Source: Promethearchaeota archaeon
GTDB taxonomy: Archaea > Asgardarchaeota > Lokiarchaeia > Sigyniarchaeales > SOKP01
Length of the DNA stretch: 17,701 nucleotides
Reading direction: 5' to 3'
NCBI GenBank assembly: GCA_016930515.1
Contig: JAFGGO010000076.1
Location: 1 to 17,701 of the forward strand
The translations under genes were made by a program, and so were the position numbers. The notes under the pieces were generated by a model. That model did not search any database and had not been told where the DNA came from. It saw only the letters and a list, made by a program, of their open reading frames with translations. Shown piece after piece: positions 7,529 through 16,817 of this stretch. The stretch's first letter is position 1. Each line of letters begins with the position of its first letter.

Positions 7529-8275
7529 CTATATAACAGGTTTCTTAAGAAACACATGAGATATTTTTTTGGGGAGGAACCACCCAATATAATAAAATAT
7601 CGCACCTAATACCAATATTAATCTGATAAGAATTAGTAGAAGCCCTTGTAATTGAGAAATGGTTGAATCTAAAATCGCTCCCACTGTAAACAAGATCCAC
7701 GCAAATTCAAGGAACCAACCTTTCAAACGCGTTTCTTCGTGTTCGGATTTGATGCATCTAACGGAAAAAGCAGTCCCAGCAATGATGAACGTAAAAATAG
7801 CCGTATATATAAAGATTTTAGAAAAGTTGGAATGCGTGGAATTAAACTCTTCATTTACTTCTCCAATAAATGAGATATTATTTGTCGATAAAGCTATTAT
7901 CATAACAACCAAAAAACCCGTGTAAGCAATTATATATGGTATCAAGATTAATTTTCCACGCTTTAGTTCCATAAAAGTCACAATACAGTATACTAATCCT
8001 ACCATCCAGAATGGTAAAGCTACATTAGCAATCAATAAATATTGGGCTTCGGTTAAGTGGTAATTAAAAAAACCATGAGTTATAAACTCAGTTGCCACTC
8101 CCCACCACGGAGAGCTTAAAAGGAGCATGGTCATTCCTACTGTTATATACTCGTTTTTTTTTAATTTCCTTGTCTTTTGAATTATTCTCGTCCCAATAAC
8201 GGTAGTTGTAATGACCCAAATTAATGTAACCAAACCATTAATAAAATTATCTATTGACATGTCCGTAAATACCAT
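7529..8275 (-). CDS. Uncharacterised seven-transmembrane protein
   Basis: Seven hydrophobic segments of about 20 aa, basic cytoplasmic loops (KTRKLKK, KRGK, RLKG), no soluble output domain. GGGGAG RBS-like site upstream of the ATG at 8275. Confidence 0.75.
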   Translation of the reverse strand: MVFTDMSIDNFINGLVTLIWVITTTVIGTRIIQKTRKLKKNEYITVGMTMLLLSSPWWGVATEFITHGFFNYHLTEAQYLLIANVALPFWMVGLVYCIVTFMELKRGKLILIPYIIAYTGFLVVMIIALSTNNISFIGEVNEEFNSTHSNFSKIFIYTAIFTFIIAGTAFSVRCIKSEHEETRLKGWFLEFAWILFTVGAILDSTISQLQGLLLILIRLILVLGAIFYYIGWFLPKKISHVFLKKPVI

Positions 8276-8396
8276 CAAAGCTCCCCAAATTTATAAAATT
8301 ATATAGAATATCTATTAATTTAATTCATTATTTTTCATATATATAGATTCCGTAACTATATGACAAAAATGGTGAATATTTATTTTTGAAAAATGT

Positions 8397-8963
8397 GTGA
8401 AAATAGAACCCCTTAACATTTATCTCTTGATTTCTTGGAAGAAATCTAATAGCAAGAAAAAATCAATTATTTTAGAGCGAATCACATTGCATAATGAGAA
8501 GAACAAAGTTCTTAACAAAAATAATCGAAAAAATATGGATTCGCTTAATAAAGATCTACAAGAACATCAAGAAATTGTTGAAAAATTATTAAAGATTATT
8601 CAAAGCTATTTTAAAGGAAAGAAATTAAACTTAGCAGATGCGATAAAATTTCTCGATTTAGATCTAGATTTGGAGAACAAATTTACTTCTTCCTTTTCGT
8701 TAAAAGTTGCGAAGGCTTTACTCTCCATAAATTACGGAGAATTAGTATCATATTCCACTTTAGGTGAAATGATTGGATCGAGGGCTTTTAGGGCTATTGG
8801 AACTGTTTTAAAGTCAAATCCACTCCCTTTAATCATACCTTGTCATCGCGTGGTGAGAAAAAACGGGGATTTGGGTGGTTTTATGGGAGAAGCAAGAGGG
8901 GGATGGCAACAAGACCTCAAGAAAGGATTAATCTTCTTAGAACGGAACTGTAAATCAATATAA
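8397..8963 (+). CDS. ogt: Methylated-DNA--protein-cysteine methyltransferase (MGMT)
   Basis: YGELVSY..L, RAIGTVLKSNPLPLIIPCHRVV active-site motif, G.LGGF. Confidence 0.93.
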   Translation: MKIEPLNIYLLISWKKSNSKKKSIILERITLHNEKNKVLNKNNRKNMDSLNKDLQEHQEIVEKLLKIIQSYFKGKKLNLADAIKFLDLDLDLENKFTSSFSLKVAKALLSINYGELVSYSTLGEMIGSRAFRAIGTVLKSNPLPLIIPCHRVVRKNGDLGGFMGEARGGWQQDLKKGLIFLERNCKSI

Positions 8964-9005
8964 AAGAAAATTAGAAATAAAATTGGAAAAAGAGTAATTT
9001 TTTAC

Positions 9006-9539
9006 TTAATATTTCTTCGATCTTCCGACTACAAGGGCAACTAAAGCCGCTACGATTCCAAACAAGATCATGTTAACAATACCTTTCACAATTATCCATA
9101 CAACGGCGTCAGAAAATTGCGTACTACTTCGACTAGTCACCCAATAACAAACCACCTGTGATTGACTTGCTGCTATTGTTACCATTACGATACAAACGAT
9201 CATTGTAATGACCCATCCAATCACAGCGTTTGATATATCTCCCCCCGTAAGGCCTGCAGCGATTGCCGCAAAGATCATTATAAGGATCATCATTACATAT
9301 CGTAATTTATCCCCATCAGTCACGCCAGGAAACTCCATCCAATCGCCTGCAATCTCCCATGGAAAAGCCGTAGAAGGTTGAGCTAATCGCCACAATAACC
9401 AAGTAAAGTTATTTGATACAAGATTTAAATCAGATGATAGAGTATCGTCCAATGACATGCCTATTATGTAAAAGAGGAAGTTTAATAATAGTAATACAAC
9501 CAAGCTTATGATGAATGCTATACCAGCGCTTTTTTTCAT
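9006..9539 (-). CDS. Uncharacterised four-TM membrane protein (paralogue of 9680-10171)
   Basis: Four hydrophobic helices. Shares LLNFLFxIIG, RLxxP, PWEI, AGLxxGDxxNA and GIxxxILFG with its neighbour. Confidence 0.8.
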   Translation of the reverse strand: MKKSAGIAFIISLVVLLLLNFLFYIIGMSLDDTLSSDLNLVSNNFTWLLWRLAQPSTAFPWEIAGDWMEFPGVTDGDKLRYVMMILIMIFAAIAAGLTGGDISNAVIGWVITMIVCIVMVTIAASQSQVVCYWVTSRSSTQFSDAVVWIIVKGIVNMILFGIVAALVALVVGRSKKY

Positions 9540-9679
9540 TAGATCAAACCCCTTTTTTTTTAAAATTTGAATATGATATTATTTAATGGGACAGTAAAAA
9601 TAAAAAGTTTTAGAAATTATATTCAAAACAGGGGATATTAAATCTATTAAAAAAAGTAAAAAAGAATAGCATTATTTAA

Positions 9680-10171
9680 CTATTTTTCCGGTCTACGTGC
9701 GATTTGAGCAACTAAAAGTGCTAATAATCCAAATAGGATGAGATGAATGATTCCGGCAAATATTATATCGTAAGCCTCAGACTGTAAATCGCTCGTGAAC
9801 AAATCAAATCCAATTAACGCAAGAATAACACTTACCACGCATACTAATGCCCAAGCGAAAAAAGCATTTCCAAGGTCTCCTGCGGCTAGACCCGCTACTA
9901 TAGAAGAAATTATGAGCGATAAGAAATACCCGATCAACATTACTCGTATACCATCAAATGTAGTATTAGCAGCACCTTCAATTATTTCCCAAGGATATCC
10001 CGCTATGGGATAAACCAACCTTACTAGTATAATTCTCGGTTCAGTACTGATATAGTCAATTTGACTATCTAATGTACCTACTATTGCGTATCCAATAATC
10101 CAAAACAAAAAGTTGAGCAACACGAATACAAGCATGCTCAAGATAAAAGCAGTTAATAACCCTTTTCTCAT
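9680..10171 (-). CDS. Uncharacterised four-TM membrane protein (paralogue of 9006-9539)
   Basis: Same motifs as the neighbour. ATG at 10171 (MRKG) parallels the MKKS start of the paralogue; the ORF track starts at TTG 10183. Confidence 0.8.
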   Translation of the reverse strand: MRKGLLTAFILSMLVFVLLNFLFWIIGYAIVGTLDSQIDYISTEPRIILVRLVYPIAGYPWEIIEGAANTTFDGIRVMLIGYFLSLIISSIVAGLAAGDLGNAFFAWALVCVVSVILALIGFDLFTSDLQSEAYDIIFAGIIHLILFGLLALLVAQIARRPEK

Positions 10172-10352
10172 GATGATTTTCAAATCCAGAATCTATGGGA
10201 TTACTTGTTATATTAGAAGTGATTGAATTTAAAATTTAGGTTTGAGCGTTTCCTAGAAGTTCCAAATTTGTAATAACAGAGAAGAACGCTTTTTGATTAA
10301 AGCAAATTTATTGTAATCTTTAAGCGGAAAATTTTTTTAACTATAGGGATTT

Positions 10353-11066
10353 ATGATATTTATGAGAAAACACGAATTAGAGACTTTTAATTCAAGGTTT
10401 TTAAGAAATGATTCTGTTAAGGCGATGGAACATCATGCGAAGCCGAATGCGAAGGGCAACTCAACGCTTAAAACGGGAACAACCACTGTAGGTTTGACCT
10501 GTAAGGATGCCGTGGTATTAGGCACCGATAAGCGAGCTACGATGGCCTATTTTGTTGCGAGTAAAACTGCCGAAAAGCTTCATGAGATCCAACCACATCT
10601 TTGGATGACTATTGCGGGATCGGTAGCTGACGCTCAATATCTTATTGATATTTTAAAGGCGGAAACGACTCTTTATCAATTAAATAAGGAAAAACCTATC
10701 AAGATAAAAAGCGCAGGCCAAATGTTAGCAAATATCTTATATCAAAGCAAGATGTTTCCCTACCAAGTCGGACACATTCTTGGTGGAGTTACCGAAGAAG
10801 AAGGCCCTGTCCTTTTAGATATAGGTGCCTACGGTTCGATTTTACCCGAAAAATTTTGCGCAGTAGGTAGCGGTCAAAATTTCTCATATGGTGTTTTAGA
10901 GTCTAAATTCAAGGAGGGATTGACTGCTGAAGAAGGAAAAGCAATTGTAATAAAGGCGATAACTTCGTCCATAATAAGAGATATGGCGTCTGGAAATGGT
11001 ATTGATGTCGTTGTCGTGAAAAAAGGCGGTTTCGCAGAACGAGAGTTCATTCCAATCGAAAAATAA
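10353..11066 (+). CDS. psmB: 20S proteasome beta subunit (active type)
   Basis: Propeptide then G|TTTVG (Thr1 codon at 10479), D17 (TDKRAT), K33, IAGSVADAQ, GSG, RDMASGNG. Confidence 0.96.
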   Translation: MIFMRKHELETFNSRFLRNDSVKAMEHHAKPNAKGNSTLKTGTTTVGLTCKDAVVLGTDKRATMAYFVASKTAEKLHEIQPHLWMTIAGSVADAQYLIDILKAETTLYQLNKEKPIKIKSAGQMLANILYQSKMFPYQVGHILGGVTEEEGPVLLDIGAYGSILPEKFCAVGSGQNFSYGVLESKFKEGLTAEEGKAIVIKAITSSIIRDMASGNGIDVVVVKKGGFAEREFIPIEK

Positions 11067-11263
11067 TTGAATTTTATTCAAAACTTATTTTTAACTTGTT
11101 TTGGGTTGTTTTTTCATGCTAGCTCTATTTTAGATAAGGTAAAAATTTAAAAGGAAGGATTAAGAAAACTTTTTTAGTAAGATGTTGTTTATAACATTAA
11201 AAACTCAACATCATTACAGTACAAAATAAACTAGCGTGAAAGTTAGAGTCGTGATATCGAAAC

Positions 11264-11986
11264 ATGTCATACAGAATAATTGTTGATTTATCTCACAACG
11301 AAAAAATCGAATTCCCTGAAGATGCCCTCGACGAAGACGATTATACCGTGGATTTCATAGATAAAAACGAAGGTCCGATAACATTTGAATTGTTAGAGGA
11401 CGCTGATGTGTTATTTCTTGGAAACATACAACATACTGCAAAAGGAAAGGAAGATAAATTCTCTCCCGACGAATTATCTGCGATAAAAAGGTTTGTCGGA
11501 GAGGGAGGCGGGCTTTTCCTTACAACAGGATCGGGAGGGGATTTAGATATTCCAATGAAACTGGGGTCCATAAGAGTGCTCTATAAAATTACAGGCGTTC
11601 GAAGGTTTTGGAACGGTACTATTCTCGAAGGTGGTACGAATTTCTTAGTTAATCGGGAAAATTTACTAATCACTGATTTGTTCTCCCATCCCATTACCAG
11701 TGGAATCACGGAATTAGTGTTTCCTAATTGTACATTTTTCACGCTTACGGAAGACGTTGACGATCTCATAAACACATCCGAAAAAGCAGAATTTATATAT
11801 TCAAGCAACGAAAGGGGAGGAATTGGTCCAGTTCCTATTTGTGTTGTATCAAAATTCTTCAATGGACGGAGTGTATGCTTGGGATCATCCGATCTATTGT
11901 TAGAAGATAACGATTTTGGTTTAGACGCAGGCGATAATCTCATGTTTATCGAGAATATTCTTAAATGGTTGACATTTGAGATTTAA
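11264..11986 (+). CDS. GIFT-domain protein (GldG/IFT52-like, DUF4350-like)
   Basis: IIVDLSHNE, IT.ELLEDADVLFL, KFSPDELSAIKRFVGEGGGL, HPITSGI, GRSVCLGSSDLL, DNLMFIENILKWL. No signal peptide. Confidence 0.72.
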   Translation: MSYRIIVDLSHNEKIEFPEDALDEDDYTVDFIDKNEGPITFELLEDADVLFLGNIQHTAKGKEDKFSPDELSAIKRFVGEGGGLFLTTGSGGDLDIPMKLGSIRVLYKITGVRRFWNGTILEGGTNFLVNRENLLITDLFSHPITSGITELVFPNCTFFTLTEDVDDLINTSEKAEFIYSSNERGGIGPVPICVVSKFFNGRSVCLGSSDLLLEDNDFGLDAGDNLMFIENILKWLTFEI

Positions 11987-12010
11987 AAAATAGTAGATTA
12001 GTTTTATAAG

Positions 12011-13123
12011 ATGGATTTTAGGTTCTTTCGTCCAGACACTATTCCCGTCTGGCAAAACGAACAAATCATAACCCGGTTTAAGAATTATAAAGCAATTTTA
12101 GATGGCAAAAATATTGCGCGTTTTTTGATTGCAAAAACCTTAAGTTGCGATTTTAAAAAGGAAGAATCCACCGAAAATTTGGAACGGATATTACATGAAA
12201 AATCTAAAGAATTTAACGAACTTTTAAAAAATTCAAATGCAGTTTTAAAAAATCGAGATACTGTAGAACGATCCTATTTGAATCTAGCAGAAGAAATTTC
12301 TTATCGTTATCTAACAAGCTGCAAGTTTTGCGAACGCCGTTGTGGTGCGAATCGAATAAAGAACGAGTTGGGATTTTGCATGATCCCTAAAGACTCTTAT
12401 GTTACATCAGCATTTTTGCATATGGGAGAAGAAAGCGTGTTGATCCCTTCTGGAACGATTTTTTTTCAAGGATGTAATTTTGGGTGTGTGTTTTGCCAGA
12501 ATTTCGACATTTCTCAAACTTGGAAGGGTAAAGCAAACATCGAAGACGTGTCTCAAAAGGTCGATAAAATTACCTTGGCACGTATTGCCGAGAGATTGGC
12601 CAATAAAGGAGCCCAAAACATAAATTATGTTGGGGGAGATCCCATTCCAAATATTCACACGATTATTGGAAGTCTTTCCATTCAGGTTTCGAACATTTGT
12701 CAGTTATGGAACTCAAACTTTTACCTAACCAACGAGGCTTTATCCTTAATTATCGACTTTATTGACTTTTGGTTGCCTGACTTTAAATACGGGAATAACC
12801 AGTGCGGAGAAAGACTCTCCGGAGTGAAAAACTATTTTGATGTAGTTTCTCGCAATCACAAGCGGATTCACGACCAAGGAAGTGGTGAAATCATCATCAG
12901 ACATCTTGTAATGCCTGGTCATGTTGAATGTTGCTCAAAACCCATTTTAAATTTTATAGCAAAAGAAATACCTAAATGCGTTGTAAACATCATGAGTCAA
13001 TATCGACCTGAATATAAAGCTCATGAATACCCTGACATTAAACGAAAACCTACAAGAGAGGAATTATTGGATGTTAAACAACACGCAAGTAAGTTAGATA
13101 TTCTTTATGAACCAGTTTCTTAG
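12011..13123 (+). CDS. pflX: PflX-type radical SAM protein (pyruvate-formate-lyase activating enzyme family)
   Basis: CKFCERRCGANR...GFC auxiliary Cys cluster, HMGEE..LIPSGTIFF, CNFGCVFCQN, NINYVGGDP, LPDFKYG, IIRHLVMPGH, NIMSQYRP. Confidence 0.9.
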   Translation: MDFRFFRPDTIPVWQNEQIITRFKNYKAILDGKNIARFLIAKTLSCDFKKEESTENLERILHEKSKEFNELLKNSNAVLKNRDTVERSYLNLAEEISYRYLTSCKFCERRCGANRIKNELGFCMIPKDSYVTSAFLHMGEESVLIPSGTIFFQGCNFGCVFCQNFDISQTWKGKANIEDVSQKVDKITLARIAERLANKGAQNINYVGGDPIPNIHTIIGSLSIQVSNICQLWNSNFYLTNEALSLIIDFIDFWLPDFKYGNNQCGERLSGVKNYFDVVSRNHKRIHDQGSGEIIIRHLVMPGHVECCSKPILNFIAKEIPKCVVNIMSQYRPEYKAHEYPDIKRKPTREELLDVKQHASKLDILYEPVS

Positions 13124-13207
13124 ATTTATTGTGAAAAAATCTTGTTAAAAAGTTTTGAAAAAGCAATTAAAAAAAAAAATTTCTGAGATATTTTTTATCG
13201 GAGCTCG

Positions 13208-13960
13208 TCATTTTAAACCTCGAAAATGAATCATGTACTTATTGTAAAGTGGAACAAATTGTCCGTTAATTATTTTAAAAGACAAATTGCGAGTTGATCT
13301 GGATTTTATCGATTGTATTAAAATGTCGTTTATAAAACAAAGCTGTGAACAGAAGGTTGTCCATTCTAAAAAAGTCACCGTAAGTCCAAATGTAGTTCCA
13401 AGAGGTAATTTGACGATCATGGGAACGAAATAATAAATAATATGATTAAATGCGGTCACCATTGAAATAATGGCCCTTTTGTTCTCAATATTTTTATTTA
13501 CCAAAACGATAATACTGTATATCGCTGTTAATGAGAAAAAGCCGAAAAAATAAAAAGTTGCTGCCATGCAATGCAATTCTAAAAGATTCATGGGCCATAT
13601 TCCAATCATGAATAACCCGATGCTTAAAGTAAGCGAACTCGTTGTCATTAAAACCAAGAACAGTCTACTGGTTCCCTTATTCTTTAAATTCCGCATTTCT
13701 GAGATTAAGTATAAGAACATCATTACAGAAACAAGCATTAAACCATTATTGAATATTAGCTGAGATCCATTTGGACCTATTCCCAAATTACTAATCCAAT
13801 GTGTAAAAATACTATATGATGGATCTACGATAATATATAAGAAAAGGGCGAGAAAGACAGATAAAAACATTGTACAAACGCTCGTGATACCAAAATAAGG
13901 CCCTGGAATAACCTCATATAATCGATCAAAAAAGATCTTTACTTTTTTATTTGAGTTCAT
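13208..13960 (-). CDS. DUF998-like multi-pass membrane protein
   Basis: PSYSIFTHWISNLG, FNNGL, IGIWP, LHCMAA.FYF and a late LEW motif; 5-6 TM helices. ATG at 13960 preferred over TTG at 14020. Confidence 0.68.
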   Translation of the reverse strand: MNSNKKVKIFFDRLYEVIPGPYFGITSVCTMFLSVFLALFLYIIVDPSYSIFTHWISNLGIGPNGSQLIFNNGLMLVSVMMFLYLISEMRNLKNKGTSRLFLVLMTTSSLTLSIGLFMIGIWPMNLLELHCMAATFYFFGFFSLTAIYSIIVLVNKNIENKRAIISMVTAFNHIIYYFVPMIVKLPLGTTFGLTVTFLEWTTFCSQLCFINDILIQSIKSRSTRNLSFKIINGQFVPLYNKYMIHFRGLK

Positions 13961-14060
13961 TTTTAATATTTTCAACGACTCCCTTGAGTATTTGTTTTTT
14001 GGATTTTTGATTTCGATCAAAAGATCTATCTAATAATATAAAAATTAAATATTTAAAGAT

Positions 14061-14077
14061 TTCGATCAATGATCGAA
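14061..14077. promoter_or_regulatory. Palindromic operator candidate for the TetR regulator
   Basis: Perfect inverted repeat TTCGATCA-A-TGATCGAA between the divergent DUF998-like and TetR genes. Confidence 0.7.
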
Positions 14078-14146
14078 TTAATCAAATGGTTTTTAATAGC
14101 TTTATGGATATATTTAAATTATTATTTATCGATATAATACATAATA

Positions 14147-14163
14147 TTCTAACATTGATCTAA
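14147..14163. promoter_or_regulatory. Second (degenerate) TetR operator candidate
   Basis: TTCTAACATTGATCTAA. Its reverse complement matches the 14061 palindrome at 14/17 positions, and it ends 3 bp before the TetR ATG. Confidence 0.55.
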
Positions 14164-14166
14164 TAT

Positions 14167-14727
14167 ATGACTAAAACAATAGAAGATAAAATCATCAATA
14201 CAACCTTAAAACTAATTTCTGAAACGGGTTATGGGAATTTAAGTGCTCGAAAAATAGCGAGAAAGGTCGGTATTAGCGTTAGTACGCTTTTATATCACTT
14301 TCCTCAAGGAAAATTCTCGATTTTAACACGATTCTCGGAAAAATTAACAGAGGAATTAAAGCTTGAGGAAATTCTTTCAGATGGTGTAATAACTGACGAG
14401 GAGTTAAGATTTTTTTTTTTAAGGGATCTTGACTTAGCTCGCAAGATGCGTCCCATGATCATAGCATTGGAAATTGAAACCCTCAGCAAACCTGACCTTT
14501 ATCTTGCCTATGGAGAAAAGCACGCAACAAATGTAAATATTGATTCGTTTAAGATAATAATAGAAAAGGTAGCAGGAAAACCAGTTAATGAGTCGCAATT
14601 TAAAAAAGCCTTATCTGTTTGGAAAGCACTTATTAGGCGTCACGTTATTTTTCGAAACCTTTTTGGTTCAGACGACGAATTTATAGATATGATCTTGAAA
14701 GTGATAAAAGCATTGACTATGGATTAA
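14167..14727 (+). CDS. TetR/AcrR-family transcriptional regulator
   Basis: KIINTTLKLISETGYGNLSARKIARKVGISVSTLLYHFPQGK is the TetR N-terminal HTH. Confidence 0.92.
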   Translation: MTKTIEDKIINTTLKLISETGYGNLSARKIARKVGISVSTLLYHFPQGKFSILTRFSEKLTEELKLEEILSDGVITDEELRFFFLRDLDLARKMRPMIIALEIETLSKPDLYLAYGEKHATNVNIDSFKIIIEKVAGKPVNESQFKKALSVWKALIRRHVIFRNLFGSDDEFIDMILKVIKALTMD

Positions 14728-14876
14728 TTTCAAGCATTATAAATTATTATAAGATTCCGATTTCATTGCCCTTGCTTGGAGAAAAGGTATTTTTCGAAAA
14801 ATCTATAAGCAATCGAATATTTGCAAACCCATACACTTATATCTTATCTTATAGATTTTAACGGAATAGGTTTAAA

Positions 14877-15965
14877 ATGACACCCACTTTAGAAGACGTG
14901 AAGGGTTTAGGAACTAAGATTACGACAATCAAAGAGGCAGGTATAGATTCTGTTGAGAAACTTGCAAATGCCTCGGTTGATGATTTATCCAATCTTAAAG
15001 GCATAGGAGAAGCAACAGCAGAAAAAATAATTAATAGCGCAAAAGAATTGCTTGACAGCGAGAACATTTCAGACGAATCCGAAACAAAGACATCTAAGGA
15101 CACAGAAACTGATAAAAAGCTCCAAGAAGAATTGAAAAAATTGGAAGAAAAAAGGAAAAAACTCGCAGGAAAAAAAGTTGAAAAAGGAGATTTCGTCTTA
15201 GTAAACACCACGGCAAAAACACAAAAAGGAAAGATTTTCAAGGTCTCTTCAGAGGAAGACGCTAAAAAAGCAGGCATATACGACGAGCAAGACGCAAGAC
15301 AAGGCTATTACACGCCAGATTTTGTCATAGTTGGAAAGCCAGGATTTTTAAACGAGGGGCTTACCGAAACGATCGAAACTATGAACTTTTTTGAAAAGAA
15401 ATCCGTGAGAATTCCTCCTAATAAAGCATTTGGAAAAAGAGAACCGAGTAAGATAGAAAGAATTGGAATTGCCAAGTTTAAAAAAATGAACGAAGGAAAA
15501 ATGCCCGAAATTGGCAAGGAATTCGTGAAAAAAAGCACTGGCCAGAGAGGAACAATTACTAATATCGTTCAAGGAAAAGTAATAGTTGATTACAACCATC
15601 CTTTAGCGGGTCAGAATGTCGATTATAATCTCGAAATTATTGATAGAATCGAAGGATTTGAAGAGAAAATCGAATATTTCTTGATAAATAAAGGCATTCC
15701 GAAGGATAATGTAAAAGATTTTAATTTTAAATACAATAAAGACGATAAATCCGTTGAATTCACCATTCCAAAAATGTTCTTGTTCCAGAATCTTACTTAC
15801 ATGAAATTTGGTATTGCAATGGACTTGCAAACTCACATGAGCGAAGAAATAAACGATGTGAAATTCGTTGAAATTTTCGAAAAAATGCCAGTTCAAACAA
15901 CACCCATGGATTCTGTTGCCCAAAAAGTCGATGAATTTAACAAAGAAATCGAGAATAAGGAATAA
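14877..15965 (+). CDS. Long-type archaeal FKBP/SlyD peptidyl-prolyl isomerase with N-terminal double HhH domain
   Basis: N-terminal LEDVKGLG...LSNLKGIGEATAEKII (HhH2), then a charged linker. FKBP motifs KGDFVLVN, IPPNKAFGKR, VDYNHPLAG. C-terminal domain of long-type FKBPs ending VKFVEIF. Confidence 0.9.
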   Translation: MTPTLEDVKGLGTKITTIKEAGIDSVEKLANASVDDLSNLKGIGEATAEKIINSAKELLDSENISDESETKTSKDTETDKKLQEELKKLEEKRKKLAGKKVEKGDFVLVNTTAKTQKGKIFKVSSEEDAKKAGIYDEQDARQGYYTPDFVIVGKPGFLNEGLTETIETMNFFEKKSVRIPPNKAFGKREPSKIERIGIAKFKKMNEGKMPEIGKEFVKKSTGQRGTITNIVQGKVIVDYNHPLAGQNVDYNLEIIDRIEGFEEKIEYFLINKGIPKDNVKDFNFKYNKDDKSVEFTIPKMFLFQNLTYMKFGIAMDLQTHMSEEINDVKFVEIFEKMPVQTTPMDSVAQKVDEFNKEIENKE

Positions 15966-16027
15966 TCGCTCAAGCTATCTTTATTTTATTCTATTTATCA
16001 ATTACTTGTAATGAAATTTATTTTTAC

Positions 16028-16810
16028 TCAAATTAATCCAAATCTGTTTAGGATGATATCGCATACTTTTGGACACGGATCGTTGTTTTTTTTCCAATTG
16101 GCAAATTCAGGAAAGTTACCCGGATCCACTACAACGATATTCCCTGTTGAATCTTCTTCAATAACATCTAAATGACCAAACGGGACGTCGTGAGTGCTTC
16201 TCCACTTTTCTACGGTTTTAATCATGCTTTCTGTAGGTATCACTTCCTTCATTTTTGCGTGCTCGGTACTTAACGGTGATTTTTCAGACACGCTTATTTC
16301 GTCTTCGATAAAATAAATGATATAATGCTTTCCAACTATCTTTCGTTCAAAATATACAACATACTCTCCCAGAAGATTCAGATCCTTTCCTTCTTTAATA
16401 AAAGTTGCGTCAAGGCTCCCAGAATCCATAAAAGACTTTGATACAAGCGGTAAATCCATTGTACTAATGTGGTTCTTCAAGGCGTTTTTAGAACCAACGA
16501 AAAAATCTGGTGATGTTAATCCTGCTTGTTTTAACAAATAATGCGCCTGGATCCTATTTTTGTGCTTGAATGTGAGTTCAGGATCTGGAAAAATGGGAAT
16601 CTTGTTTGCTTTAATAAAAAATCCAGCGTTTAAATATATGATTTTTTTCGATTTTAGCACAAAACAATCCTGTTCATGAAGTAAGTCCTTATTAATGCAA
16701 AGATCATTTAAAGTGTATATCTTTACCTCATGACCCTTAGTTTCAAAATAGTCTTTCATTCTACCTGCAAATGTGGTAGTGCGTTTAGATAAAATACCAA
16801 TTCTGGCCAC
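16028..16810 (-). CDS. ATP-grasp fold protein, degenerate ITPK1/RimK-like
   Basis: CFVLKSK, IFPDP...KNR, AGLTSP, PLVSKS, FERKIVG, FGHLDVI, VVVDPGNFPEF. Starts 7 bp after the upstream paralogue. Confidence 0.75.
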   Translation of the reverse strand: MARIGILSKRTTTFAGRMKDYFETKGHEVKIYTLNDLCINKDLLHEQDCFVLKSKKIIYLNAGFFIKANKIPIFPDPELTFKHKNRIQAHYLLKQAGLTSPDFFVGSKNALKNHISTMDLPLVSKSFMDSGSLDATFIKEGKDLNLLGEYVVYFERKIVGKHYIIYFIEDEISVSEKSPLSTEHAKMKEVIPTESMIKTVEKWRSTHDVPFGHLDVIEEDSTGNIVVVDPGNFPEFANWKKNNDPCPKVCDIILNRFGLI

Positions 16811-16817
16811 TTTTTTC

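Noticed and set aside
7529-8275. Microbial rhodopsin or heliorhodopsin
   Set aside because: No Lys in a DxxxK or SxxxK context in TM7.
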